Below are positions 31,254-40,781 of a stretch of DNA of 64,000 nt, piece after piece. How positions within the stretch are numbered: position 1 is the first letter of the stretch; each line of letters starts with the position of its first letter. Origin of the DNA: an uncultured Methanomicrobiales archaeon (GTDB taxonomy: Archaea; Halobacteriota; Methanomicrobia; Methanomicrobiales; Methanospirillaceae); the NCBI GenBank assembly GCA_963697895.1, contig OY969100.1:1088001-1152000 (forward strand), in the 5' to 3' direction. A program made the translations under genes and the position numbers. The notes under the pieces were generated by a model. That model had not been told where the DNA came from. It ran no database searches and worked only from the letters and a program-made list of their open reading frames with translations.

Positions 31254-31817
31254 TTATTGTTTCTGCCCGGCTTCCTGTATTTCCAGTCGTTTTCTCTCAA
31301 TCTGGTCTTTTGAAGCAATACTCAGTATGTAGCCGATTGCGATCATCACCAGCGAAATTCCTATTCCCAGTCCCGCTATCATTATTCCATCGGAGGCCGT
31401 GGACGCATAACCCAGGAACAGGACGGCGAGTACTACGACAATCACAATCAAAAGACGCACTTTCAGGACCTCGAATGAGGGGGTATCCAGCCATTCCGGA
31501 AGGTCGAGATCGGAATCAATGAAGAGCTGATACAGCCCGAGTGAAATAATAATCAGGACGAGGCCTATCAGATAGAGGTCTATCATTTCCGTTACCGTGA
31601 CCGAGAGAAATTTTCCCGCTTCCCCGGAGAAAATACCGTCATGAATGAGAAATGATACAATCCGGAATAATTCTGCAAACCCGGTTATTACCACAATAAT
31701 CGAGGTAATAATCATACCGATAATGGCAATAATTACCAGAATACGGCTGAGAAAATAGAGATTCTTCAGCCAGGCACGCTTTTCCGGGGTGTCCTTTACC
31801 AGACTTTCATCAGTCAT
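31254..31817 (-). CDS. YqhA/UPF0114 family membrane protein
   Basis: IDLYLIGLVL..ISLGLYQLFI...LPEWL...SFEVLK.RL. Confidence 0.85.
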   Translation of the reverse strand: MTDESLVKDTPEKRAWLKNLYFLSRILVIIAIIGMIITSIIVVITGFAELFRIVSFLIHDGIFSGEAGKFLSVTVTEMIDLYLIGLVLIIISLGLYQLFIDSDLDLPEWLDTPSFEVLKVRLLIVIVVVLAVLFLGYASTASDGIMIAGLGIGISLVMIAIGYILSIASKDQIERKRLEIQEAGQKQ

Positions 31818-32098
31818 ATCGCCCACTGGTTCAAGATACTCGTGTATCCTTATCACACTTATCTTTCGAGGCTCGGCAAATCAGCTGCCATGATTATTGA
31901 ACTGCCGGAATAAGATCTCGCCGGCGTTTCACTGATTTGGCTCATACTGAAAAACAAGACTATGCTATTGTGAGCTGTGTCCCATGGAAAAGGAATATGG
32001 TTGGTACCATCTGTCGGGGGATCCTCCCCCGTTGCCCTGTAAGCAATTCGTTCGGGCCTTTCCTGTCCTCATTGATGCGGGGGTCCTGGTTGTCTGTA

Positions 32099-32205
32099 TT
32101 GAAAAACCCCCGGACCCCTGATGTTACCGCTTGAAAAACCACCGGGACCCCTGATGTTCCCGCTTAAAAAACCCCCGGACCCCGGTGTCACCGGCTTAAA
32201 AGACT
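32099..32205. repeat. Tandem repeat, about 32-bp unit x3, T-tract on the minus strand (terminator-like)
   Basis: TT(G/A)AAAAACC..CGGACCCC.G.TGT..CCGC at 32099, 32131 and 32164. Confidence 0.85.
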
Positions 32206-32294
32206 CCCGTCCAGAACTGGTACCGCCAGACTGCACCGCCGATTATCACCAACAGGATGAGTGCAAATAAGACTACCCACCAATACCATTTCAT
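32196..32294 (-). CDS. 32-aa single-TM microprotein (not in ORF track)
   Basis: MKWYWWVVLFALILLVIIGGAVWRYQFWTGVF; GGGAGGG 6 nt upstream; co-oriented 30 nt downstream of the SHOCT gene. Confidence 0.6.
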   Translation of the reverse strand: MKWYWWVVLFALILLVIIGGAVWRYQFWTGVF

Positions 32295-32324
32295 GCTCTT
32301 CCCTCCCGGAAAAAAATAGATTTT

Positions 32325-32582
32325 TCACATACCCAGCAGTTTCTTTTTCATGGCAGCAAATTCTTCATCCGTTAATGCACCGGATTTATGGAGATTGTTC
32401 AGTTTTTCAAGCTCGGCAGTGACATCCTTGGTGGCTGGTGCCGCGGCCTGCGCCTGGGCTGCCCCCTCCTGCTTTGCCTGTTCTACCGCGGCCTGCTGCT
32501 GGGACTGCGCCTGAGCCTGCTGCTGGGCTTTCTGTTCTCCCATCTTCATCCCTGCTACGAGCATTAATCCTCTTCCTCTCAT
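32325..32582 (-). CDS. SHOCT domain protein
   Basis: Q/A-rich linker then ELEKL..LH.SGALTDEEFAAMKKKLL. Confidence 0.9.
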   Translation of the reverse strand: MRGRGLMLVAGMKMGEQKAQQQAQAQSQQQAAVEQAKQEGAAQAQAAAPATKDVTAELEKLNNLHKSGALTDEEFAAMKKKLLGM

Positions 32583-32584
32583 CT

Positions 32585-33034
32585 TCAGGCACCTCCTTGT
32601 GCTTTTAAGTGTTTTTCCGCCTTCGCAATCGATTCCGGCGGGATCCGTCCCATGTCGATCAGTTCGGCATCGGATTCAAGCAATGCTTCCTTGAACTTGA
32701 TCGCCCAGATGTTCTCGAAGAGAAGGAGGCCGGCAGAGGAGTTGTTCGGCAATGATGCCGCTATCGCCTCGATGTCCCCTTCGGAGAACCATTCCTCCGC
32801 ATGCTTTGCCACCTCACGAAATGCCTTGCCCGCCTCTCCCTCCAGGTTCTTGGGCTCGACCATCATCAGTTTTCCTTTCGCATCCTTCATGACCAGGACC
32901 ACATCGATCACCCGGATTATTCCCTGCTCCTCAAGGTTGTTCAGCTCGGGGGCAATCTTCCCGGAAAACTTGTTCCCCGGGAACCGGACCATCAGGTAGT
33001 CCACCGGGCCCATCACTTTGCCATGTTGTGCCAT
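32585..33034 (-). CDS. DUF6325 (DUF1269-like) family protein
   Basis: MGPVDYL.V.FPGN.FSG.IAPEL, IRVID, SSAGLLLFENIWA, GRIP. Confidence 0.85.
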   Translation of the reverse strand: MAQHGKVMGPVDYLMVRFPGNKFSGKIAPELNNLEEQGIIRVIDVVLVMKDAKGKLMMVEPKNLEGEAGKAFREVAKHAEEWFSEGDIEAIAASLPNNSSAGLLLFENIWAIKFKEALLESDAELIDMGRIPPESIAKAEKHLKAQGGA

Positions 33035-33234
33035 AAGTATCCCTCTATAAATTGTCCCGAAACTTCGGGCCTGATCAGGTAACATGCAGACTTAAATTAT
33101 AAAGGTTGCTGTCCCGCAGAGCGTGGTGGAAATAATGAAAACTTCCCTGGAACGCATTCCGTGACCTGAACGTCTGGACGTTTGGAGCTGAATGAGCGAA
33201 AGATATTTTAGGATATTCGTATACCTGACCTCCT

Positions 33235-33609
33235 ATGCCGAACCTTGCATATTTCGAAGTGCCGGCGGACGACCTGAAACGGGCAAAGAGGTTCTACAAG
33301 GACCTGCTCGGCTGGGAGTTCGCAAAGGCCGAAAACCCCGATATCAAGATGGAATACTGGATGATCACCACGGGACCTGCCGAAGAAGGAACCATCAACA
33401 TGGGAGGCATGTTCCAGAAACCGGTTCCGATGACCGGAATCGTCGCCTACGCCAGGGTCGAAGACCTCGACAGGCACCTCGCACGTGTGGAAAAACTGGG
33501 AGGAAAGATCGTCATGCCGAAGATGACCGTCAACATGGTCGGGAGCATGGCCCACATCCTCGATTCCGAAGGGAACGTGATCGCCCTCTGGGAACCGGAG
33601 AAGAGGTAG
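33235..33609 (+). CDS. VOC/glyoxalase family protein
   Basis: YFEVPADD..RAK.FY..L.GW, GGKI..PK, DSEGN.IALWE. Confidence 0.92.
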   Translation: MPNLAYFEVPADDLKRAKRFYKDLLGWEFAKAENPDIKMEYWMITTGPAEEGTINMGGMFQKPVPMTGIVAYARVEDLDRHLARVEKLGGKIVMPKMTVNMVGSMAHILDSEGNVIALWEPEKR

Positions 33610-33769
33610 GGGAACGGGGGAAACGGAGCCTTTACAGGTTCTTTTTTTAAATCAATGACATGATCTTTACTGCCACACGCACACGGGATTAGCATAATCC
33701 AGGCCATTCCGTTTACGATGGGTAAAGATGCCCGTCTTCTTAAAAAATGATCCGGACGGGAAAAAAAAT

Positions 33770-34636
33770 CTATGTGTTGTAGGGCGGGGACTCGGTATTG
33801 CCGAGGAATGCCAGTGCATTCTCCCCGTACTCGACGGGTGCCCACCGGGACCCGATATGGGGGAGGTCCTTGAACCGCACGAGCCACGATCCATTGATCT
33901 GCCCGGTCATCTGGACCGTAACCGACTCGGGAGTCAATACGTCTGCGGTACCCACGACGAGCATGACATCCTTATGGATACCGGAAAGATCGGCCCAGGT
34001 CCCGTTCCACGCGAGGTTCGCCGCTGCCTCCCGGTGAACGCCTTCAGTCTGGTTGGGATCGGCACCGGAGACTTCAATGATATCGAACAGGAGTTTTGTC
34101 TGGGGAATCCGGATGCTGTATGTTACGGAATCCAGGACCAGTTTTCGTACGCGTTCAGGGTGATCGATGACCAGCTGCTGAGAGACCGAAGAACCCATCG
34201 AGACTCCGTACACATTCATACTGTCATAGCCGAGAGCAGACATGAGCGCCGCGGCATCATCAGAGTACAGAGCAATAGAGGGGGTCGCATTATTGTCACT
34301 GCTATATCCCATTCCCCGGTGGTCATAGGTATAGACATGGTATTTCGATGCAAGGATACCGATAAAAGTCTCGTTCCACGCATTTATGGTCTGGGCGAAC
34401 CCCTCGACCATGAGGAGCGGTTCACCGGATCCGAATTCCCGGTATCCCAGGGTAACCCCGTTGACCTGGGCATACTGGACGGGTGTTGTGTTGAACGATA
34501 CGGGCTGCGGGGGGGCAACTGCCTGACCTCCCGGCGGGCAGGTGACGGGAGTACTGACGGTACTTATACACCCTGCCGTCGCGAGGAGGCATACCATGAC
34601 GGCGATCACCACGGTGACCATCTTTGTCTTGTGCAT
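33770..34636 (-). CDS. Alpha/beta hydrolase lipoprotein
   Basis: ATAGC lipobox; GSGEPLL, YDHRGMG.S, GVSMG nucleophile elbow, GTADVL, terminal PH. Confidence 0.88.
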   Translation of the reverse strand: MHKTKMVTVVIAVMVCLLATAGCISTVSTPVTCPPGGQAVAPPQPVSFNTTPVQYAQVNGVTLGYREFGSGEPLLMVEGFAQTINAWNETFIGILASKYHVYTYDHRGMGYSSDNNATPSIALYSDDAAALMSALGYDSMNVYGVSMGSSVSQQLVIDHPERVRKLVLDSVTYSIRIPQTKLLFDIIEVSGADPNQTEGVHREAAANLAWNGTWADLSGIHKDVMLVVGTADVLTPESVTVQMTGQINGSWLVRFKDLPHIGSRWAPVEYGENALAFLGNTESPPYNT

Positions 34637-34776
34637 TAAAATCCTCTCAATCCATGAGTCAACAGGTAGCACTCTTATATACACCAAAATTTCAATATTT
34701 CGGTTCTGCTTTTTGTTTTATGGGTAAACGATCATCCGTTCCATTTCTTTTTAAAAAAAATGAACCGGGTACCCGA

Positions 34777-35580
34777 TCATTCGGGAACTGCCGGTTCTCC
34801 CGCGGAATTGTAGAGGAGAGCGATATATCGTGAATAGAATACCGCGATGAACGGGGAGACAATGAGCTGGAGGATGCCGCCGATGTACGGAATAATCCCG
34901 ATGATGACCTCGACGATCACCACGATGACCACCACGACGATCAGGGCAAGGATATAGGAACCCCAGCCGATCCTGCGGATCGTATCCACGATGCCATGGA
35001 AATGGAATGCCTCGCCGGTACGTCCCGTCTTGGCAAACCGTACCACACCGATGATGGCAAAGAGGCCGATGATGAACCCCACGACCAGGGCGAGGAGAAT
35101 GCCGGCGAAGAGCCCGCCGAGGATCGGCACCAGCTCCTCAAAGCTGGGTTCTGCGGAGAAGAGTCCTTTGGACATTGCCGAGAAGAGCACGGACCCGATC
35201 GTCACGCCAATGATGATGATAACCGGGATCGAGTAGACAATCTGGATGGCGATATACCGGATTCCATTGGCAAACAATTTGCCGTATCCGGACACCGCCG
35301 GTAACGGCGTTTCTCCACCCAGGACCCGCACCTGGTACCCCGAGTAGAATGCGGCGAGGATGATGGCCGCGATGAACGCGATGACGAATACCCCCACCAT
35401 GGTCGGAATATCCGGGACCGCCCCCGTAATCAGGGAAGGCACAAAGACTGCCACGCCCACGAAGAAGGGGATCGCCGGTAAGAGGGTCAGGATGATCAAT
35501 ATAATCCATGTCACGGGTTTTCCAAAGAGACCGTCCTTCGTGTATGCAAAGGAATCCCCGAGTAGTTTGCCGATGTCCAT
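34777..35580 (-). CDS. DUF4013 family membrane protein
   Basis: MDIG.LL.DSF.Y, GY.VRV..G..PLP, RFAKTG..GEAF.F..I..I..IGW. Confidence 0.88.
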   Translation of the reverse strand: MDIGKLLGDSFAYTKDGLFGKPVTWIILIILTLLPAIPFFVGVAVFVPSLITGAVPDIPTMVGVFVIAFIAAIILAAFYSGYQVRVLGGETPLPAVSGYGKLFANGIRYIAIQIVYSIPVIIIIGVTIGSVLFSAMSKGLFSAEPSFEELVPILGGLFAGILLALVVGFIIGLFAIIGVVRFAKTGRTGEAFHFHGIVDTIRRIGWGSYILALIVVVVIVVIVEVIIGIIPYIGGILQLIVSPFIAVFYSRYIALLYNSAGEPAVPE

Positions 35581-35787
35581 TTTTTAACTCACCACTGATC
35601 TTGTATTTGATTCGGATGAACCGATAAAGGTATTTCGTGAACTCGCGATTCCCGGAAAGAGGGAACATGACGGATTAAATCCAAAAAGAGGTTTTTTTCC
35701 GAACAAGAGATCGGATGAATCCAAAAAACCAGGGAAAATCCAAAAAAAAAAATATTCCGAAAGGAACCGACTCTGCCCTTCCCGGTC

Positions 35788-36453
35788 CTATAGACGGCTG
35801 ACCGCCTTGGGCGATAACCCGTGGATCTCCCGGATCCTCAGGAATATCCCGATCGCGAAGACCTCTGTCCAGAGGAAGATGATCCCGACCAGGATCCGCT
35901 GCAGGAGCCCGGCGATATCCGGGAACGATAAGAATACCGGCAGCACTACCAGGGTCAGCACCGCGGTGGCCAGGGAGTACTGCCAGAATCCGCCCCATCC
36001 CCTCTCCCGGTGCATGACGTACGAAAAGGTCAGTGCGGCAAGCAAAGCCGCTACGATCGCAATGAGGCCGAGCAGGAGGTGCACGTTCCCGGACGTGGTC
36101 ACCGCTATGCATCCCTGGTCGCAGTGATAGAACCCCATCGCGATGAAAGACAGCCCGGCTCCTGCCACCATCACCGAACCGAAGATCACCCGCCGCAGGG
36201 GCCGGAATACCCGGAATGTCGCATAGCTGAACCCCACCAGGAGAATACCGACCAGGCCGAATCCCACGACATTCATGAGCTGGGCATACGGTTCGCCGGG
36301 TACCCCGAGCTCGCTCATCAGCTGGGTCACCGGGTCATATCCCGGGGTCAGGTACCCGGCGACGAGCACGGTTACGGCAAAGAGGGCGGGAGCGGCCATC
36401 CCGCAGAGGGCAGAAGCGGTGACGGGGGAGAGGGAGCGGATCGTGTTCATCAT
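35788..36453 (-). CDS. DUF998 family membrane protein
   Basis: PGYDP..Q.MSELG, H in SGNVH, GLLQR; about 6 TM. Confidence 0.88.
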   Translation of the reverse strand: MMNTIRSLSPVTASALCGMAAPALFAVTVLVAGYLTPGYDPVTQLMSELGVPGEPYAQLMNVVGFGLVGILLVGFSYATFRVFRPLRRVIFGSVMVAGAGLSFIAMGFYHCDQGCIAVTTSGNVHLLLGLIAIVAALLAALTFSYVMHRERGWGGFWQYSLATAVLTLVVLPVFLSFPDIAGLLQRILVGIIFLWTEVFAIGIFLRIREIHGLSPKAVSRL

Positions 36454-36589
36454 TATCCTGAGACCTTCTGAAGGTTTGAAGATTTTCCCGGGGCGCATCC
36501 TCCCGGGAGAGAAAAATAATTGCGACCGTTCATTCCAAAAAGTCTCTTTCCCCAACCCGGGGTCTATTGTGACCCGGCCGGTATTCCGA

Positions 36590-36640
36590 TAATTTTATAT
36601 TCCCAAATTATAATTCCCCAATATATATGGAGGGATAAAG
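36590..36640 (+). promoter_or_regulatory. Candidate archaeal TATA boxes and RBS of the gasdermin-like gene
   Basis: TTTTATAT at 36593-36600, TTATAA at 36608-36613, GGAGG at 36629-36633. Confidence 0.4.
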
Positions 36641-37576
36641 ATGACAATGGATCGGCTCTCAAAGGCAGGGTATCAGGTTATCGCTGTTCCTGATACGGCA
36701 CTCACCCCCTGGACGATCATAGATGGGAATAAAGAAGAATTCAAGACCTTCGGTCCTATCTGGAAATTTACCAAAGAAAGTATACAGCCGGAGATAAACC
36801 AGGATATCATCGGACCTGATGTGTTACTGGAAGCATGCGACGACGTTATCGAAGCCAAAGCAGGATTTTCGATCCTGAACCGCCTGGGGCTGAAAGGTGC
36901 GGACCTTTCTTCAGAGTTTAAGAATGCCAATACCCTGCGCATCGTGTACTCGTCGATACTGAAAGATGCGATCGACCTGATCGACGTAAGCAGATATATT
37001 AAAACGCATCTTCCCGAGAAAGATTATTTTACAGAAGATTTTTTTGAAGCGCTGAATGACAAGGGTGATGCAGCCATCATCTTCGAGACATTGAAGTCCA
37101 ACGAGATCAACTTTGTCGCCTATAACGAGAAAGGGCTTGAAATCAAGGTAAACGCGGAGATGGAAGTGGCAACCGCGAAAGGAGAATTCAGGATATCGGC
37201 CACGAATGCGAACACGCTCTGTTACAAGGGCTCGAAACCGCTTGTTTTCGCGTACCAGGCATTACCGTTCTGGATTAATGAAAAAAATGCCGAATATCAG
37301 TTCAATTTCAGTGTAAACGAGAAGGTCGAAGCGACGATCGGGGGATACCCGACTATGGGAGGGGGAGGAGGACACGGAATGAAAGGAGACCGGCACTATA
37401 TGCGGGGAGGCGGGGGGACGCCTCGTACGGTATCCCGGAATCAAAAACGAATTATAACTCCGGAATATGTCAAATCTCTCGAAGACAAGGGGCTGCTTGA
37501 GAAACAGTTCAAGTCGGTTTTTAAGCCGGACTACAAGATCTATTCTCCAAACACCCTGCTAAAAAAAGTGGGGTGA
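36641..37576 (+). CDS. Gasdermin, bacterial/archaeal type (bGSDM-like pore-forming protein) with extended C-terminal tail
   Basis: Collinear bGSDM hallmarks: L..AGYQVIAVP...LTP..I (cf. L..GY..V..P...I.P), A.L...FKNA..L.I.YS.I..D, IIFETLKSNE..F.A (cf. VITQVIKSNEF.V), TLCYKGSKPLVFAY (cf. TVTYKGEKQLVFGF). Comparison is with recalled bGSDM sequences; no search was run. Confidence 0.8.
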   Translation: MTMDRLSKAGYQVIAVPDTALTPWTIIDGNKEEFKTFGPIWKFTKESIQPEINQDIIGPDVLLEACDDVIEAKAGFSILNRLGLKGADLSSEFKNANTLRIVYSSILKDAIDLIDVSRYIKTHLPEKDYFTEDFFEALNDKGDAAIIFETLKSNEINFVAYNEKGLEIKVNAEMEVATAKGEFRISATNANTLCYKGSKPLVFAYQALPFWINEKNAEYQFNFSVNEKVEATIGGYPTMGGGGGHGMKGDRHYMRGGGGTPRTVSRNQKRIITPEYVKSLEDKGLLEKQFKSVFKPDYKIYSPNTLLKKVG

Positions 37577-37752
37577 AAAAGGGGATTTATCCCTAATTTT
37601 TACTGAAAGCAATGATGGTAGGAATTCTCGGTGTTCCGGTTACTCCGGATCGAAATAATTTACAAGCATTCCGGGAACTCTACAGCGAAATACAGCCCCC
37701 ATACCATGCAGATTGTCGAATCGGCGGGCTGACAAAAAAATAAATTCTCCGC

Positions 37753-39177
37753 TCATCCCAGCGGGGACAGGAGGCGTGAGAACTGCTCCTTGGCACGGAT
37801 CCAGCGGGACCGCTTCGCGTAGGTCTCGGGGGTGATCTCCGTGCACCGGTGGAGGTCGTCCAAGAAGGCCTTCTTCAGCTGCCCGGCATACTCCGCACTG
37901 TACAGGAAGGCGTTCGCCTCGAAGTTGAGCCGGAATGACCGGATATCCCAGTTTGCGCTCCCGACCGAGGCCGCCTGCCCGTCGACCACGACGGTCTTTG
38001 CATGGATGAAACCGTTGTCGTAGGTGTACGCCTTCACCCCGGAATCGAGGAGATCCCCGATGAACGACAGCGTCGACCAGTACACGAACGGGTGATCGGG
38101 CTTGCAGGGGATCATGATCCGGACATCGACCCCGGTGAGGGCGGCAATACGTAAGGCGTCGCTGATGCTCTCGTCCGGGATGAAGTACGGGGTCTGGATG
38201 TAGATCGATTCGGTTGCACCGGTGACCAGTTTCAGGTATCCCTCCTTGATCTGGTTATAGCGGGCATCCGGGCCGCTCGAGACCGTCTGGACCGCACAGG
38301 TCCCGGTCCCCGGGATACGGGGGAAGTAAACCGGGTCCGGGGTGAGCTTGTCCTTTGCCGCGTAGTTCCAGTCGAGGATGAACCGGAGCTGCAGGCCGAG
38401 GACCCCCGGCCCGTCGATCTTCAGGGCGGCGTCCCGCCAGTCCCCGAGCGGTCCCTTGCCCAGGTATTCCTCGCCGATGTTGTACCCGCCGATATACCCG
38501 GTCTTCCCGTCGATGACCGCGATCTTCCGGTGGTTCCGGTAGTTGATCGTGTAGATCCGCGGGAAGAAGTCGGCATGTTTTCCCCCGGCCTCTTCGAGCT
38601 CGCGGAGCTGCTTCTTTTTGATCTTCATCCCGAGGTGATCGGAGAGGAGCCGGACCTCGACCCCTTCCCGTGCCTTCTCTGTAAGGAGGGCGATCACCTC
38701 CCGCCCGAGCGGGTCGTCCCGGATGATATAATACTGGAGATGGACGTGGTGGCGGGCGCCCCGGATCGCGTCCAGGAGTGACCGGAACTTCTCGGTCCCG
38801 TCCGTGAAGACTGTGATCCCGTTCTTCTCGGTCAGGATTGCCCGGTTGTTCTCCAAAAACATCCGGATGACCGGTTCGTACCGCCGGACCACCGGATCCT
38901 TCGAATCCGCAATCAGCCGGTCGAGATCCTCCACCTGGGCGGCGACGAGGTCCTGGATCCGGCGGTCATCCTCGGCTTTTAAGGTGAAGAGATGCCGCTT
39001 GGTCCAGTTCTGGCCAAAGAAGAGGTAGAGAAAGAACCCGACGACCGGGAGGAGCAGAAGGACGAGGATCCAGCCCAAAGCCGAGGACGGGCTCCTCCGC
39101 TCGAAGAATACGAGCATGAAGGCAAGGATGTACTGGACGATCAGGAATATTTCGACGATGGTCAGTCCGAGAGCCAT
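37753..39177 (-). CDS. cls: Cardiolipin synthase (phospholipase D superfamily)
   Basis: Two N-terminal TM (PLDc_N), NYRNHRKIAVIDG and HAKTVVVDG HKD motifs, GSANWDIRSFRLNFE. Confidence 0.95.
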   Translation of the reverse strand: MALGLTIVEIFLIVQYILAFMLVFFERRSPSSALGWILVLLLLPVVGFFLYLFFGQNWTKRHLFTLKAEDDRRIQDLVAAQVEDLDRLIADSKDPVVRRYEPVIRMFLENNRAILTEKNGITVFTDGTEKFRSLLDAIRGARHHVHLQYYIIRDDPLGREVIALLTEKAREGVEVRLLSDHLGMKIKKKQLRELEEAGGKHADFFPRIYTINYRNHRKIAVIDGKTGYIGGYNIGEEYLGKGPLGDWRDAALKIDGPGVLGLQLRFILDWNYAAKDKLTPDPVYFPRIPGTGTCAVQTVSSGPDARYNQIKEGYLKLVTGATESIYIQTPYFIPDESISDALRIAALTGVDVRIMIPCKPDHPFVYWSTLSFIGDLLDSGVKAYTYDNGFIHAKTVVVDGQAASVGSANWDIRSFRLNFEANAFLYSAEYAGQLKKAFLDDLHRCTEITPETYAKRSRWIRAKEQFSRLLSPLG

Positions 39178-39564
39178 ACCTGATCCTGTTCTTCCCGATA
39201 TGATAAACTATCTTCGCGAAGAAGCGGATGAACGGTTTGCATCCTCCCCTGATTACTCCGAAAAGATCCCCTCTGTGAAGATTTTTTGAACCATTCCTGC
39301 CGGTATAAACGACAGATCGTTAACCCGGACCAGAATTTTTTTTTTTGACGTGTTATCGGCTGATTCGAGGAGATTCCTGTCCGTGATATCCGGAAGATCG
39401 TTGGACCTGACCAGAAAATACTTCTCTGTATTTCCGACAGATTTGAGGAAATTCATGCCCGATCTGATCATTGGGCCGCAGGATTTCTGCTCCCTCTCTC
39501 ACCCCGTGCATTCATATGGAAGCATGCCGAAGGCATGAGCTGGACAATCTGGGAGGAAAGACTG

Positions 39565-40707
39565 ATGTTGTACCGGAAGATGCAGAAGGCCGCCCCGGAA
39601 CTCTCGATCCTCGGGTTCGGGTGCATGCGCCTCCCCCTGCGGGAGAGCGGGCAGATCGACGAGGAACAGGCGACCGGCATGATCCGCTCCGCCATCGACC
39701 GGGGCGTGAACTATGTCGATACCGCGTACCCCTATCACAACGGCGAGAGCGAGCCGTTCGTGGGGAGGGCTCTGGCAGATGGGTACCGCGAGCGGGTGAA
39801 TCTCGCGACGAAGCTCCCGAGCTGGCTGATCAAGACCCGGGAGGACATGGACCGGTACCTCGACGAGCAGCTCGTGCGGCTGCAGACGGACCATATCGAT
39901 TTCTACCTCCTCCATGGCCTGGTACAGCCGTTCTGGGAGAACCTCTCGTCGCTCCGGGCCACGGAGTTCCTCGACGACGCGATCGCGGACGGCCGGATCC
40001 GGTATGCCGGGTTCTCGTTCCACGGCACCCTCCCCCTCTTCAAGGAGATCGTCGATGCGTACGACTGGACGTTTGCCCAGATCCAGTACAACTACATGGA
40101 TGAGCACTACCAGGCGGGTACGCCCGGGCTCCGGTACGCGGCGAAGAAGGGACTCGGGATCGTGATCATGGAACCGATCCGGGGCGGCCTCCTTGCAAAG
40201 GAGATCCCGGGGATAGCGGAGATCTGGGAGAGGGCCCCGGTCGAACGACCGCCCGCGGAGTGGGCGCTCCGCTGGGTCTGGAACCACCCCGAACCGACCG
40301 TCGTCCTCTCCGGCATGTCGACGCCGGAACAGGTCGATAAAAACATCGCGTGGGCGGAGAACGGCCTCCCCGGTTCACTGACGAAGAAAGAGCTCGGCCT
40401 GTACACCAAGGTCAGGAAGGAGTTCAAATCCCGGGCCGTCATCCCCTGCACCGGGTGCCAGTACTGCATGCCCTGTCCGCACGGGGTGAGCATCCCGGAG
40501 TGCTTCGAGTTCTTCAACCGCGGGCACATGTACGGGGATGCGGAGGATACCCGCCAGATCTATACGATGTTTCTCGGCGGGTTCTTCGACGGGATTCCCG
40601 GGTATGCATCGGTCTGCCAGGAGTGCGGCGATTGCGAGGAGAAGTGCCCGCAGGGCCTCCCCATCCGGGAGAACCTGAAGAAAGTGGCGGCATATTTCGG
40701 GAAATAA
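39565..40707 (+). CDS. Aldo/keto reductase with C-terminal 4Fe-4S dicluster domain
   Basis: LGFGCMRLP, DTAYPYH.GESE, LATKLP, CTGCQYCMPCP, CQECGDCEEKCPQ. Confidence 0.95.
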   Translation: MLYRKMQKAAPELSILGFGCMRLPLRESGQIDEEQATGMIRSAIDRGVNYVDTAYPYHNGESEPFVGRALADGYRERVNLATKLPSWLIKTREDMDRYLDEQLVRLQTDHIDFYLLHGLVQPFWENLSSLRATEFLDDAIADGRIRYAGFSFHGTLPLFKEIVDAYDWTFAQIQYNYMDEHYQAGTPGLRYAAKKGLGIVIMEPIRGGLLAKEIPGIAEIWERAPVERPPAEWALRWVWNHPEPTVVLSGMSTPEQVDKNIAWAENGLPGSLTKKELGLYTKVRKEFKSRAVIPCTGCQYCMPCPHGVSIPECFEFFNRGHMYGDAEDTRQIYTMFLGGFFDGIPGYASVCQECGDCEEKCPQGLPIRENLKKVAAYFGK

Positions 40708-40781
40708 CGAGGAGTGCTGTTGCAGATGCGAAGCCTGGATGCATGGGCAGTTCACGGAATGGAGGGTCTCTGGTGATCGGT

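Noticed and set aside
33770-34636. Alpha/beta hydrolase as the gasdermin-activating protease
   Set aside because: It is a secreted lipoprotein of the esterase type, in the wrong compartment and not a known gasdermin protease class
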